DNA of 64,000 nt from a virus (taxonomy: Duplodnaviria; Caudoviricetes). Shown piece by piece: positions 8,830 through 18,794 of this stretch (its first letter is position 1; each line of letters begins with the position of its first letter). The stretch spans positions 1-64,000 of the IMG/VR virus record IMGVR_UViG_3300021085_002857. The stretch is one strand, 5' to 3'. The notes below the pieces were generated by a model. The model worked only from the letters and a program-made list of their open reading frames with translations, made no database searches and was not told the origin of the DNA. Both the position numbers and the translations under genes were made by a program.

Positions 8830-10068
8830 ATGCGTAAAATTACCAAGGTAATACTTGCTTTTTTATTTTTTATTATAACTGTTATGAGCAGTATTGTTGC
8901 AGCAAGTTATATGAGAAATATACAAGAATATGTTAGTGGACACCTTGTCACACTATATGGAAGTAATCCTGATCTTGCAGATAAAATATACGCATGGAAC
9001 AAGACAATTTTTAACGTAGCTGGTTTTGATAAAGAAGCACGTATTAAACATGTAATAAATGAAAACTTTAAAAGTGTTGTATTGGTAAATGTAGCACCAA
9101 AGACAGGCCAGCAAACAATGGGCGGGCGAGGCACAGGTTTTTTCGTGTCTGAAACAGAAACTGATGCAACAATTATTACAAATTATCATGTAATAGAATC
9201 TTATGTTAACAATCCAACAGGATACAATTTACAAGTACAAGCCCCCTTGGAAAGGTGGCCGTATGATGTTGAAATTATAGGATACGATCCTGTAGCAGAT
9301 ATTGCATTATTACGTATTGTAAAACTAGAAGATGAAAAATTTACGCCTTTAGAATTTGCTGATCCAAAAGATATACGAGAAGGCGATCCTGTGGTTGTTA
9401 TTGGACACGGAATGGGATTAGCATGGAGTAGTACTGCTGGACAAGTTGTATATGATGGTCGCAGTGGACGCCCTTATAATCTTATGATACAAGTAGATGC
9501 AGTAATTAACCAAGGCAATAGTGGCGGCCCAGTATTTTCGATGGATGGAAAAGTAATTGGTGTTGCACAAAGTATTTACAGCCCTGGTAGAAGTGTTCCA
9601 GGTTGGGACGGTGTAGGATTAGCAGTACACGCTAGACATGCAGAATTAGTAATGAAATATTTTTATACTGATGCTTATCAAGAAGAGGGATATGTGCCTT
9701 ACAGTGAGTACCCATTTCCTGTTAACAGTTTTACGTTTGAAGATATTAAAGATATACCGAGAGAAGATCGCTACTATGTTTACGCAGACTATACAATTGG
9801 CCAGGAATTAATAGATTATGCAGGTATTGAAGCGGGCATAATGCAAGGCGATATTATCATGGAAATTAATGAGGAACGTGTTTACAGTTCGTTCTCTTTA
9901 CTAAAGGCAGTAATTTATAGCAGACCTGGAGATGTTATGAAAGTAAAAGTGTTGCGTAATAATCCAGCAGAGTTTGAAAAGCATGAAGTAATTGTAGATG
10001 TAATACTTGGCGAAATAGATTATAATACCTTAATGAGCTATGTGAATAGATCACAAGGTGGACGATAA
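8830..10068 (+). CDS. htrA: HtrA/DegP-family serine protease with PDZ domain and N-terminal anchor
   Basis: GTGF, TNYHV (His), DIALL (Asp), GNSGGP (Ser), C-terminal AGIxxGDIIxEIN PDZ pattern. Confidence 0.9.
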   Translation: MRKITKVILAFLFFIITVMSSIVAASYMRNIQEYVSGHLVTLYGSNPDLADKIYAWNKTIFNVAGFDKEARIKHVINENFKSVVLVNVAPKTGQQTMGGRGTGFFVSETETDATIITNYHVIESYVNNPTGYNLQVQAPLERWPYDVEIIGYDPVADIALLRIVKLEDEKFTPLEFADPKDIREGDPVVVIGHGMGLAWSSTAGQVVYDGRSGRPYNLMIQVDAVINQGNSGGPVFSMDGKVIGVAQSIYSPGRSVPGWDGVGLAVHARHAELVMKYFYTDAYQEEGYVPYSEYPFPVNSFTFEDIKDIPREDRYYVYADYTIGQELIDYAGIEAGIMQGDIIMEINEERVYSSFSLLKAVIYSRPGDVMKVKVLRNNPAEFEKHEVIVDVILGEIDYNTLMSYVNRSQGGR

Positions 10069-10082
10069 CACTAAATATAATT

Positions 10083-10730
10083 ATGATATACAAACATAGT
10101 TTAGATTTTGCAATCACAACCTATTGCCAGGCCAAATGTAGATCCTGTATGCGAACAAACGAGCGTACTGGTGCAACTGCAAGTTGGCTTAAGCCTGCAC
10201 ATATGACTTACGAAGATTTCGATCTCATGTTGAATAATAGTAGAGACGTAACCCTCCATAAATTAGAGTTTTGTGGAGAATTGGGAGATCCTATGATGCA
10301 TCCTGATATTTCGAGGTTTGTAGACAGAGGGTTCAAGCAAGCAACAAAAATTAATATTAATACTAATGGAGGTTTGAGACAACCCAAATGGTATAAGATA
10401 CATGCACGTGTATATGATGATCTAAATATAGAGTGGGCAATAGACGGTACAGACCATAATACAAACTGGATGTATCGTGAAGGGGTTGACTTTGAACGTG
10501 CATTTACAAATATGCAAACCTGGTTTGAAAATGGCGGTCACGGAAATTGGCATTTTTTAATATTTGAATGGAATGTTGGTCATATAGCATATGCAGCTAA
10601 GATGGCAAAAGAGAACGGCATTCCCATTTGTTTTAAAATTAATCACAGAGAGTTTGGTAAAATTAGAGATGACCAAATAAAAGAAGTCCAGGAAGCATTA
10701 GAAGAGGCTAATCAATATGTCGAAATGTAA
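10083..10730 (+). CDS. radical SAM core domain only (split gene, GD-x2-MHP type)
   Basis: CQAKCRSC, GDPMMHP, NTNGG, AIDG; no C-terminal twitch. Confidence 0.85.
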   Translation: MIYKHSLDFAITTYCQAKCRSCMRTNERTGATASWLKPAHMTYEDFDLMLNNSRDVTLHKLEFCGELGDPMMHPDISRFVDRGFKQATKININTNGGLRQPKWYKIHARVYDDLNIEWAIDGTDHNTNWMYREGVDFERAFTNMQTWFENGGHGNWHFLIFEWNVGHIAYAAKMAKENGIPICFKINHREFGKIRDDQIKEVQEALEEANQYVEM

Positions 10731-11130
10731 AATCATTTGTATGGCGATGAGAAAAGATGAACTAGGCCCTAATAAAGATACAAGGGAATGGGAAGTTGAT
10801 AATCAAGGAAGAGTTTGGCCTTGCTGTTACTATGCAAATAGTGTATTGGGTACTCCAGATATGAAAGAATTTTCAAAAAAAGAAGATCCAAGATTTTGGG
10901 AAATGTGGGCTGCAGAACCAGACTTTAACGATCTCAAAAAATACTCACTGGAAGAGATTATTGAGCATCCCATATATGATGAGTTTATTGCGCCTAGAGG
11001 ATGGGAAAGCGACAATCCACCAGAACTTTGTGTTTTAGAATGTAGTGCAGTTATAGATGAAGTAACTGGCGTTGAACAGTCTGCAGCAAAAATTAATGTG
11101 GAAATGAAAAATGAAACAGTGGAGAAATAG
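10717..11130 (+). CDS. stand-alone twitch/SPASM Fe-S domain protein
   Basis: C...VDNQGRVWPCC...LCVLEC; GAGG RBS upstream. Confidence 0.8.
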   Translation: MSKCKIICMAMRKDELGPNKDTREWEVDNQGRVWPCCYYANSVLGTPDMKEFSKKEDPRFWEMWAAEPDFNDLKKYSLEEIIEHPIYDEFIAPRGWESDNPPELCVLECSAVIDEVTGVEQSAAKINVEMKNETVEK

Positions 11131-11788
11131 CAAAATAGAGTTTGCTATAACAAACCACTGTAACGCAAAATGTCCACTTTGTATACATACACACATGTAT
11201 AATGATGGCACCCTAAATTTACAACATGCAGATTTTAATTCATTTGAAAATGTTGTAAAAAAATATACCAATAAAACACAACTAGTAGCATTATGTGGAG
11301 ACTTTGGAGACCCACTTATGCATCCTCGTATACAAGATTATATTGATTGTACAGAAAGATATAATATACAACTTATAATACACACTAATGGAGGATTAAG
11401 AACTGCAAAGTTTTTTGAGCATAATGCAAAAAATGAAAATCTAGAAATTTGTTTTAGTATAGATGGTACAAGCCAACAAACTAACGAAAAATATAGAGTA
11501 AATGTTGATTATAATAAAGCAATGAATAACATGCTTGCATTTAAAACAAATGGAGGAAATGCATCGTGGGATTTTATAATTTTTGATTATAACATAGATG
11601 ACTTTTATGAGGCTTCACAAATAGCAAAAAACTATGATATAAAGTTTCAACCTATTATTAATAATAGGGAATGGGAACATAAAATAAAAGATAGAAATTT
11701 AATAGAAGAACTTAAACTAGTCCTAAAACAACACAAGCATGGTAACTTTTTACAATCATTAGAAACGTTAAAGGTCCAACAAAGATGA
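11111..11788 (+). CDS. radical SAM core domain only (split gene, GD-x2-MHP type)
   Basis: CNAKCPLC, GDPLMHP, HTNGG, FSIDG. Confidence 0.85.
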   Translation: MKQWRNSKIEFAITNHCNAKCPLCIHTHMYNDGTLNLQHADFNSFENVVKKYTNKTQLVALCGDFGDPLMHPRIQDYIDCTERYNIQLIIHTNGGLRTAKFFEHNAKNENLEICFSIDGTSQQTNEKYRVNVDYNKAMNNMLAFKTNGGNASWDFIIFDYNIDDFYEASQIAKNYDIKFQPIINNREWEHKIKDRNLIEELKLVLKQHKHGNFLQSLETLKVQQR

Positions 11789-12048
11789 TTTTTTGTAAAA
11801 CAAGAACAGTACAAGTAGATTTCAACAATAGATTATGGCCTTGTTGTTGGGTTTTACAACAATGGGAAGATTCGGAATACTTGTCACAGTTGAATAAAAT
11901 TGATCCAGACTGGAATAATTTAGAAAAACATGATATAGAGGTAATTTTCAAACACAATGCCTTTACTACACATTTTAATGATGAACATTGGAATAATGAT
12001 AAATGCGATACAATATGTAAGAAAGAATGTAGTATAAAAGATGAGTAA
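11785..12048 (+). CDS. stand-alone twitch/SPASM Fe-S domain protein
   Basis: FC...VDFNNRLWPCC...ICKKEC; ATGA overlap. Confidence 0.8.
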   Translation: MIFCKTRTVQVDFNNRLWPCCWVLQQWEDSEYLSQLNKIDPDWNNLEKHDIEVIFKHNAFTTHFNDEHWNNDKCDTICKKECSIKDE

Positions 12049-13252
12049 TACCTATTGCACATTTCCATTTACGCACCTAAACCTAAAACAAAAAGGTAAA
12101 GTAAGTGCTTGCTGGCGTTATCCTGGCGCTATAGGAGAATATGGCGAGCAGTCATTACATGGCATATGGAACGATGAAAAAATAAGAGAATTACGTAAAG
12201 CATTTCTTAATAACGAACGCCCAAAGGGATGTAAAAGTTGTTGGGATCTTGAGGATAGTGGAAGTACAAGTACACGTGAAGTTGCAAAAAAAATGGCGTG
12301 GGCTATAACAGAAGACGAAGCAAGAGCTATAACAAGAAAAGATTATACAATTGATCCAATCCACGTAAAATGTATTGAGACAAGATTTGACAATGCATGT
12401 AATTTAATGTGTAGACATTGTAGTCCTGAGTATAGCAGCCAATGGGAAAATGCGGTTAAGAAAAATGCTGAGTTATTAGAAGAAACAAAGCACAATATAG
12501 GTAGCCGTAGTTTTGATACTTTGAGACTTACAGACAATGTTATAAGGGAAATACCTCTTTTTAAAGGCATAACACACTTAATGATAGCTGGCGGCGAACC
12601 GTTATACCATAATAAACATTACAAGTTTTTGGAAAATTTACTACCTAATGCACATAACCTTACACTAGATTATAATACTAATATGACCTTAATAGAATAC
12701 AAAGGCAAAAGTATTATTGATTTATGGAAGAATTTTAAAAAAGTGGATATAAGAGTAAGTGTTGATGGAGATAGACATTGCTACAGTTATGTTAGAGCAA
12801 AAGGTGATATTAATGTTGTAGAAAAAAACCTTAAAACTGTTATGGAAAATTTGGACAACCTTTTTATTACTATGACATGCACAGTGAACAATTACAATAT
12901 TACTAGACTAGATAAAATATTTGAATATTTTTTACAATTGGGAACCACAGTACATACTAGTTTGGTGCAATATCCAGACGAACTCAATGTAAAAGTATTA
13001 CCCAAAGAAATGAAAGCTAAAATTACACAAGACTTTGATGATTATGTTAAGTTAAAAACTAGCCAGAATATAAGTCCACAAAAACTAGAACGTATACATC
13101 GTTATGGGTATAATGTAATTACCTATATGAACAGTGAGGATAGATACGATCAGTATTGGGATAAATTTGTTGCCTATACAAAGGCGCAAGACAAATATCA
13201 TAATACAAATGTACTAGATGTATATCCAGAATTTAAACCATACTGGTACTAG
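12041..13252 (+). CDS. N-terminal-twitch radical SAM protein
   Basis: YCTFPF..SAC..GCKSC then CNLMCRHC, GGEP, YNTN, VSVDG. Confidence 0.9.
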   Translation: MSNTYCTFPFTHLNLKQKGKVSACWRYPGAIGEYGEQSLHGIWNDEKIRELRKAFLNNERPKGCKSCWDLEDSGSTSTREVAKKMAWAITEDEARAITRKDYTIDPIHVKCIETRFDNACNLMCRHCSPEYSSQWENAVKKNAELLEETKHNIGSRSFDTLRLTDNVIREIPLFKGITHLMIAGGEPLYHNKHYKFLENLLPNAHNLTLDYNTNMTLIEYKGKSIIDLWKNFKKVDIRVSVDGDRHCYSYVRAKGDINVVEKNLKTVMENLDNLFITMTCTVNNYNITRLDKIFEYFLQLGTTVHTSLVQYPDELNVKVLPKEMKAKITQDFDDYVKLKTSQNISPQKLERIHRYGYNVITYMNSEDRYDQYWDKFVAYTKAQDKYHNTNVLDVYPEFKPYWY

Positions 13253-13473
13253 TCTGTTAACTTTTTAACAAAGTATTCCCATTCTGTATAAATCTTTTCA
13301 TTACGCCAACGATGCTTTGGCTCTACATTTGTATATATTATTTCATGATAGTAATAGGTAAACCAAAGTAATTTTCCACTGGTGCTTTTAAATGGCAACC
13401 ATGCAAAATGTTTATTAATTTCTGGTTGCTCACTATGTCGCATATCCGTTAAACCCCAATTCCGTCTATTCAT
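13249..13473 (-). CDS. small hypothetical phage protein
   Basis: 74 aa, ATGA overlap, FAWLP motif. Confidence 0.6.
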   Translation of the reverse strand: MNRRNWGLTDMRHSEQPEINKHFAWLPFKSTSGKLLWFTYYYHEIIYTNVEPKHRWRNEKIYTEWEYFVKKLTD

Positions 13474-14636
13474 TTGTAAGTTTTATCTCCAGGAAATAAA
13501 GGCATTTTGGTTCCAGGTGCTCTTTTGGGTATTTTACTATCAGCACTACTTACACAACTATTTGTACTGCATGGCATAGGAGCATCAAATAACTTAAATC
13601 CTGTTTCAATATTACCTAAAGGTTGGTCATGACAGGAATAACTACGTTTGATACTTCCGTCAGGCTCTCGAATAATAATTGAACGATATCCTGAGCTACA
13701 TTCCCATCCATTAAATTTATTGAAGTTAAACGCATTAAATCTCTCTGCTTGGTCCATGTAAAATGGATCACCTTTACTATCTCTAAATTCTATTTGCATA
13801 TGCCAAGGTACATCAGCTTGCTGTTTTCTATAATTGTCATCTTTATCAATTAAGAATGTAGGCTTTGGACGTTCTACCATTTGTGCTTCTTTTGCTTTTT
13901 CTTCTGTATAAGCACGTTGTGGCATTCCGTTCCATAACCTTTGCTTCATATCATCTGTATACCCATCAACAACTCTACTAGCAGTAGGATCACTTTGTGG
14001 TTTTAGCGTAACATTGATTCCTTGTTCATGGAAAAACAAGGCGTTCTCCCAATCTCTCTCAAACCATTCTGGAACCATAACTTGATTAATTGTAACCTGT
14101 ACATCATGCTGTTGACAAAAGATTAATTTGTCTGCAAACTCTTGCATTTTTTCAGGAGAATTTACATGCTCTGTGTGTAGACTTGCTGTAATGCTTGCTC
14201 TGTGAAACTTTGCTGCATGTTTTACATATGTTTCTTGCCACTTCATAGGACGGCTCATATTAGTAGTCATATGCACACTAGTATAATTTGTATTATCTAC
14301 ATCTCCGGCAAGATGTCCCATGATATCCAAGTATCCAGGATGGAAAGTAGGTTCTCCTCCTGACAAGGAGAAGTGAAAAGAATTGAAATTTCGCTCTCTG
14401 GCTTGACGTTTGATTTCATCCACTGTACGCAAGCAGAGCTCGGTAGGACGGTGGTCCTTACGGTCGGAACGTGCATAAGGCCAACAGTAGGAGCATCTGT
14501 AGTTGCAGAATCTCCCAAGTAACCAACTAACTGAAAACATATCACGATACAGCATGGTACGCTGACCCACACGTACAATGTCTTCATAAGGTGTTTTAGT
14601 AAAATCGTATTCACTCCATTTTAAGTCTTTATTCAT
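13470..14636 (-). CDS. radical SAM protein with C-terminal twitch
   Basis: CNYRCSYC, SGGEPT, TTN, C-terminal ECSSG..PDG..SC..PC..C. Confidence 0.9.
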   Translation of the reverse strand: MNKDLKWSEYDFTKTPYEDIVRVGQRTMLYRDMFSVSWLLGRFCNYRCSYCWPYARSDRKDHRPTELCLRTVDEIKRQARERNFNSFHFSLSGGEPTFHPGYLDIMGHLAGDVDNTNYTSVHMTTNMSRPMKWQETYVKHAAKFHRASITASLHTEHVNSPEKMQEFADKLIFCQQHDVQVTINQVMVPEWFERDWENALFFHEQGINVTLKPQSDPTASRVVDGYTDDMKQRLWNGMPQRAYTEEKAKEAQMVERPKPTFLIDKDDNYRKQQADVPWHMQIEFRDSKGDPFYMDQAERFNAFNFNKFNGWECSSGYRSIIIREPDGSIKRSYSCHDQPLGNIETGFKLFDAPMPCSTNSCVSSADSKIPKRAPGTKMPLFPGDKTYK

Positions 14637-14659
14637 TATAGATCCTTGTAATTATTACC

Positions 14660-14687
14660 ATAGTAACATAAATTTTTGCTAAGTCAA
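14660..14687 (-). promoter_or_regulatory. sigma70-type promoter candidate
   Basis: TTGACT-N16-TACTAT with TG upstream of -10, AAGGA RBS before 14636. Confidence 0.5.
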
Positions 14688-14786
14688 GCACAAGATCTGC
14701 TTTAGTTACAGCCTTCTATCTAAAATCTAAGACTACATCTAGTAGCTATTTTTTATTATGCTATCCTATTACACAAAATAGTGTAT

Positions 14787-16013
14787 TCAGGCAGTTAAAT
14801 GCCCTTTAAATTCAGGACATGCATCTAATAGCTGACCTTTTTGTAAATCATCAGTTTTGACGTTAAAGTCTACAAACTCTTGCCATCTTTGTGCATGCCA
14901 ATCTTCTGCCCACATGTATTTTATAGTGTCCTCTACCTTTGGCACATGCAACCAAGGTTGTAATTTTTCTTCTGCTAACTCTTTTAGTTGTTTTGGTAGA
15001 ACTCTAATATTCATACACTCAGGATGGTTTAAAATATTTAAATATACTTGCTCTTTTTTTATACCTTTTCCTTTTAACCATTCAAATAGTTCTGTCATTG
15101 CTACCATATTTAATGCCTGTACTGTACAATGTATTTGTATGTTAACATTTGGTAACCCATTTAGTTTATCAAAATTTTCTTCGATTTTACTCCAGTTACT
15201 AGGATACCTAATATACCTATCTCTAGAACCAGTTGCATCAATACTGCAATTTAATTGCACACGCTTAAAATGTTTCCAATACTCTAGCATTTTTGCTGGA
15301 ACATTTGTAAGGTTAGTATTATATTTTAGTCGTATATTGTTTGCAAGGTCATTTTCAATGCAATAGTCGAATAGCGCATACTGAGAAGTTGCTAATGTGG
15401 GTTCACCTCCAGTTAAATAAATTTCTTCTATAGTATGCGCTAACTCGACAAAAGTAGTTGCAGTTTGTTTCCTATCAGGCCATTGCTGCATTACTTCTAA
15501 GTGGTCAAATTCTTCTTTTGTTAACGGACTACTTGGCATTAGTTCAGCAGTCTCTACTACACTATTCCAGTCCTTAACCCACATACTGCTACTCCATGGG
15601 TTACACATTCTACATTTTAGGTTACATAAATTACCTAAACGTAAATCAATATATCTTACATCAACAGGTATTTCTTCTTTAATTACTACATCTTCTTTAA
15701 ACCATTTTTCATTATAACCTGCTCTTGGACTTCTTATGCCCGCATCTTCTTCACGGAAGCAACGTTGGCATGTTTCTGGTCGCTCTCCATTAATAAATTG
15801 TTTACGAATCTCCTGGTAGTGTTTACTGTTCCAAACATCTTCAATGTTATCTTTATATATACGATAACTTTTACTAGGATCATCATCCTTCATAATTTTA
15901 TTATTCTTGGGATTGCTATTACAACATACTCTATAGCCCCCGCCTGGATTGACTGCTACATGCATAAAAGGTAATACACAAAAGGTATCACTTGGTAAAT
16001 CTTTACTCATCAA
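14787..16013 (-). CDS. N-terminal-twitch radical SAM protein
   Basis: FCVLPF, RVCC, CQRC, CNLKCRMC, GGEP, YNTN, CSID, RYIRYP. Confidence 0.92.
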   Translation of the reverse strand: MMSKDLPSDTFCVLPFMHVAVNPGGGYRVCCNSNPKNNKIMKDDDPSKSYRIYKDNIEDVWNSKHYQEIRKQFINGERPETCQRCFREEDAGIRSPRAGYNEKWFKEDVVIKEEIPVDVRYIDLRLGNLCNLKCRMCNPWSSSMWVKDWNSVVETAELMPSSPLTKEEFDHLEVMQQWPDRKQTATTFVELAHTIEEIYLTGGEPTLATSQYALFDYCIENDLANNIRLKYNTNLTNVPAKMLEYWKHFKRVQLNCSIDATGSRDRYIRYPSNWSKIEENFDKLNGLPNVNIQIHCTVQALNMVAMTELFEWLKGKGIKKEQVYLNILNHPECMNIRVLPKQLKELAEEKLQPWLHVPKVEDTIKYMWAEDWHAQRWQEFVDFNVKTDDLQKGQLLDACPEFKGHLTA

Positions 16014-17058
16014 ATAACTCCGGGCATTCTTGCTTCATATCTGTTCCATATATTTTATCTAATGCTGACATATAGTCAACTAATTTTTTAAAGTTCTTTT
16101 CTTTATATACAACGTCAGTTGTTATATTTAACTTTTTTCTTACACTAGGATTTAAACTACTGTAGTTCATGAACTCAGGTTCTTTTAGTTGCCAATATGC
16201 ATAGTTATGTATTTCAAGTCCATGATTGGCTGCCCATTTTTCTGTTTCATAAAATACAGCCGCATTTAGAGTTTGTGGCAAATATGTTATACACAGGTCT
16301 ATGTCTAAATCTCTCTTCTTAATATTATTTATAAAGTCCTCAATACTGCTCCATTTACTGCCTGGTCGTATATATTCATATCTGCTTCCAATACCATCAA
16401 CACTTACATCAATTTGGACATCTTTGTATTTGCTAAAAATTTCAAACCATTCGTCATCTAAAGTAACTTGCCCGTTTGTTATAAATTTTAATTCAGTTGA
16501 AGAACTTGCTCCTGATTCTACTGTGTACCTACATACATCTTTTGTATGCTTTACTAAAAAAGGCTCTCCTCCAGTAAACTTTAAATACTTAACTTTGTCA
16601 AGATTATTTTTAACTTCACTTAAAAATTTATTATGCCAGCCTCCTGACCCTTCTATTGGTCTGATAGCACTATAATGTTTTTTAAGATTTGCACTCTTGT
16701 TAGCCTTTACTACTTTGTCCCATGTACTACTTTGAGTTGGAGTACACATTCTACAACTTAAATTGCATGTGTTTGTAATTTTAAGATCAAATATTGTCTT
16801 TTGATTACCATCTATACCAAAGTGATCAAACCTTGTCCTAGGACTTTCCCCTTTTTTAGTTTCCTCTATTTTACAATATCTACACTCATCAGCCCATCCA
16901 TCTTCCATTATTGTTTTTAATTCAGGAAAACTATTATTCCAATCAAAGTCAGCATAGTCTTTATTACTAATATCAGTACGATCAATATGACAGCAAGGTC
17001 TTACTCCTCCGCCTGGGCCAATTGTAATCCCATTATCTATGTAGGCACACTTAGGCAT
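16003..17058 (-). CDS. N-terminal-twitch radical SAM protein
   Basis: KC, RPCC, CRYC, CNLSCRMC, GGEP, VSVDG, YEYIR. Confidence 0.9.
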   Translation of the reverse strand: MPKCAYIDNGITIGPGGGVRPCCHIDRTDISNKDYADFDWNNSFPELKTIMEDGWADECRYCKIEETKKGESPRTRFDHFGIDGNQKTIFDLKITNTCNLSCRMCTPTQSSTWDKVVKANKSANLKKHYSAIRPIEGSGGWHNKFLSEVKNNLDKVKYLKFTGGEPFLVKHTKDVCRYTVESGASSSTELKFITNGQVTLDDEWFEIFSKYKDVQIDVSVDGIGSRYEYIRPGSKWSSIEDFINNIKKRDLDIDLCITYLPQTLNAAVFYETEKWAANHGLEIHNYAYWQLKEPEFMNYSSLNPSVRKKLNITTDVVYKEKNFKKLVDYMSALDKIYGTDMKQECPELFDE

Positions 17059-18037
17059 TTATAAATTTCCTATAATCTGTACCATGAATTTTGTCTAGCT
17101 CTTTGAGTGTACTAATTAATTTAGTTTTTAAAGTTTGGTTTTCCAGTGCATCAGGACTGTAAATATCTGGATCCACACAGTCAACATCTACTTTGTGTTC
17201 TATACCTATACTATTTGCAAAATCAGTTATTTCTTTTAAATTATCTTTGTTTAAACACATACGTACTGTATCCAAGTTTAAAGTTACGTTTGTGCCTTTG
17301 GACTTTTTGGCTATTGCTTTAATATTTTTTTCAACATTACTCCAGCTAGATCCTTGTCTAATATATTCGTATCTTTCTCCCACTGCATCAACACTTATAT
17401 TAAATGTAACATGTTTAAAATGTTTATACAAGTCCCATTTATCTAGCATATCAAATGTACCGTTTGTTGTAAAACTTAGTGTTAGTGCAGGACTTATATC
17501 TTCTTGAATTACATAGTCAATAATTTTCCATACTTGTGGTATCATAAATGGTTCACCACCTGTGAACTTTAATTGTTTTGCAAAAATTAGATAAGGAAAA
17601 ATACTACTAATATCTTTGTGCCATCTTTGTGATATATTTTGCTGATAGATTTCTCTAAGGCTACTACTAATTTGAGGATTTTTATTTAATAGTCCTTCCC
17701 AAGAACTACTATTCCAACTGTCACACATTTTACAAGTTAAGTTACATGTATTATTTAATTTAAGATCCCAATGTACTATGCCTTGGCTATTACTAAATTT
17801 ACTATTGTACAACTCATTAAATGGTTGTTGTCCTCTATCTATTCGTGATTGACATTCTCTACACTCGTCAATATATGTATCTGTGCTTGCCATAAGTTTA
17901 CCAAGTTCTTGATGTTTTTCATACCATCCATCTTCGTAATACTTCCATGTTTCTTCTTGCTCGTAATGACAACAAGGGCGAACTGCTCCACCAGGATTAA
18001 TTACACAGCTATGATCAAACATGACACAATACGGCAC
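17051..18037 (-). CDS. N-terminal-twitch radical SAM protein
   Basis: YC, RPCC, CREC, CNLTCKMC, GGEP, ISVD, YEYIR. Confidence 0.9.
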   Translation of the reverse strand: MPYCVMFDHSCVINPGGAVRPCCHYEQEETWKYYEDGWYEKHQELGKLMASTDTYIDECRECQSRIDRGQQPFNELYNSKFSNSQGIVHWDLKLNNTCNLTCKMCDSWNSSSWEGLLNKNPQISSSLREIYQQNISQRWHKDISSIFPYLIFAKQLKFTGGEPFMIPQVWKIIDYVIQEDISPALTLSFTTNGTFDMLDKWDLYKHFKHVTFNISVDAVGERYEYIRQGSSWSNVEKNIKAIAKKSKGTNVTLNLDTVRMCLNKDNLKEITDFANSIGIEHKVDVDCVDPDIYSPDALENQTLKTKLISTLKELDKIHGTDYRKFINA

Positions 18038-18038
18038 A

Positions 18039-18794
18039 TTACTTTCCTGTCATAATTGCATAATTATCTCTTACTTTTTCTTTCAGTAAATCGCTTTGAT
18101 CTCCATCAAAAATCATATGTATGCGAGGCTCATCACTGTTGTTCCAAACAGCATGTTCATATCCTGTATTCATTTTAAAAGCACTGCCTGGTTCAAAAGG
18201 ACATTCTCCCCAACCGCCCATTACAAGTTGGCAACCGTCAGGATTATTGACAGCAACATTAGTAGCACCTACGCCTGTAATTCTGTCTCTATCAGTATGT
18301 ACTCCTAGCCAACCGCCTGGTAGTACTGCCATAAATCTTGCACGAGTATATCTTCTATAAAGTCCACTATCCATCATCCATTCTTTAGTACGTGGTGTAA
18401 ACTTTGATATGTCAGTCCAATCACTCATATTCATTTCAGCTTCGTCAGGTAGCCCATAGTCTTCTGGACAATTAGTATGCACACTACTCATACCATGCAC
18501 ACACAGGCTTAACCAACCACTGCTGTTTGGTCTATGTAAAGTATAACATGCACTGTACAAAAGATGATTTGCTTCCTCATAAATTTCTTTATGTGGCATA
18601 TCATCTAAGCCTAAACTTATCCAAGGCATTTTGGTATTATCTAAAATATGGTCTAAGTCGTCTTGTGCTTCTTCCCATATGCTATCATCATCAACACCTG
18701 TATACACTGGCTTGATATCTCTATTTGCTAGAAAAAAGTTTCTAGTTTCTTCACTTATCTCTTGAAATTCTTGTACATGACCTTCATACCACAT
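18039..18794 (-). CDS. aspartyl/asparaginyl beta-hydroxylase-like Fe(II)/2OG oxygenase
   Basis: RARFMxVxPGG, HTD, NTGYEHAVWNNSDEPRIHMIFD. Confidence 0.8.
   Translation of the reverse strand: MWYEGHVQEFQEISEETRNFFLANRDIKPVYTGVDDDSIWEEAQDDLDHILDNTKMPWISLGLDDMPHKEIYEEANHLLYSACYTLHRPNSSGWLSLCVHGMSSVHTNCPEDYGLPDEAEMNMSDWTDISKFTPRTKEWMMDSGLYRRYTRARFMAVLPGGWLGVHTDRDRITGVGATNVAVNNPDGCQLVMGGWGECPFEPGSAFKMNTGYEHAVWNNSDEPRIHMIFDGDQSDLLKEKVRDNYAIMTGK

Noticed and set aside
13249-13473. RiPP precursor peptide for the rSAM island
   Set aside because: It looks like an ordinary small phage protein with no leader/core or repeat pattern; no PqqD/RRE domain or other candidate precursor was seen in the island.
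14637-14786. ncRNA or riboswitch in the largest intergenic gap of the island
   Set aside because: Only 4-5 bp AT-rich stems plus a promoter candidate; no recognisable SAM-riboswitch or tRNA structure.
14857-15366. Long antisense ORFs (also 28034-28504, 43676-44158, 58013-58366 and similar)
   Set aside because: They lie opposite well-supported genes, have no RBS or motifs, and are explained by codon bias.
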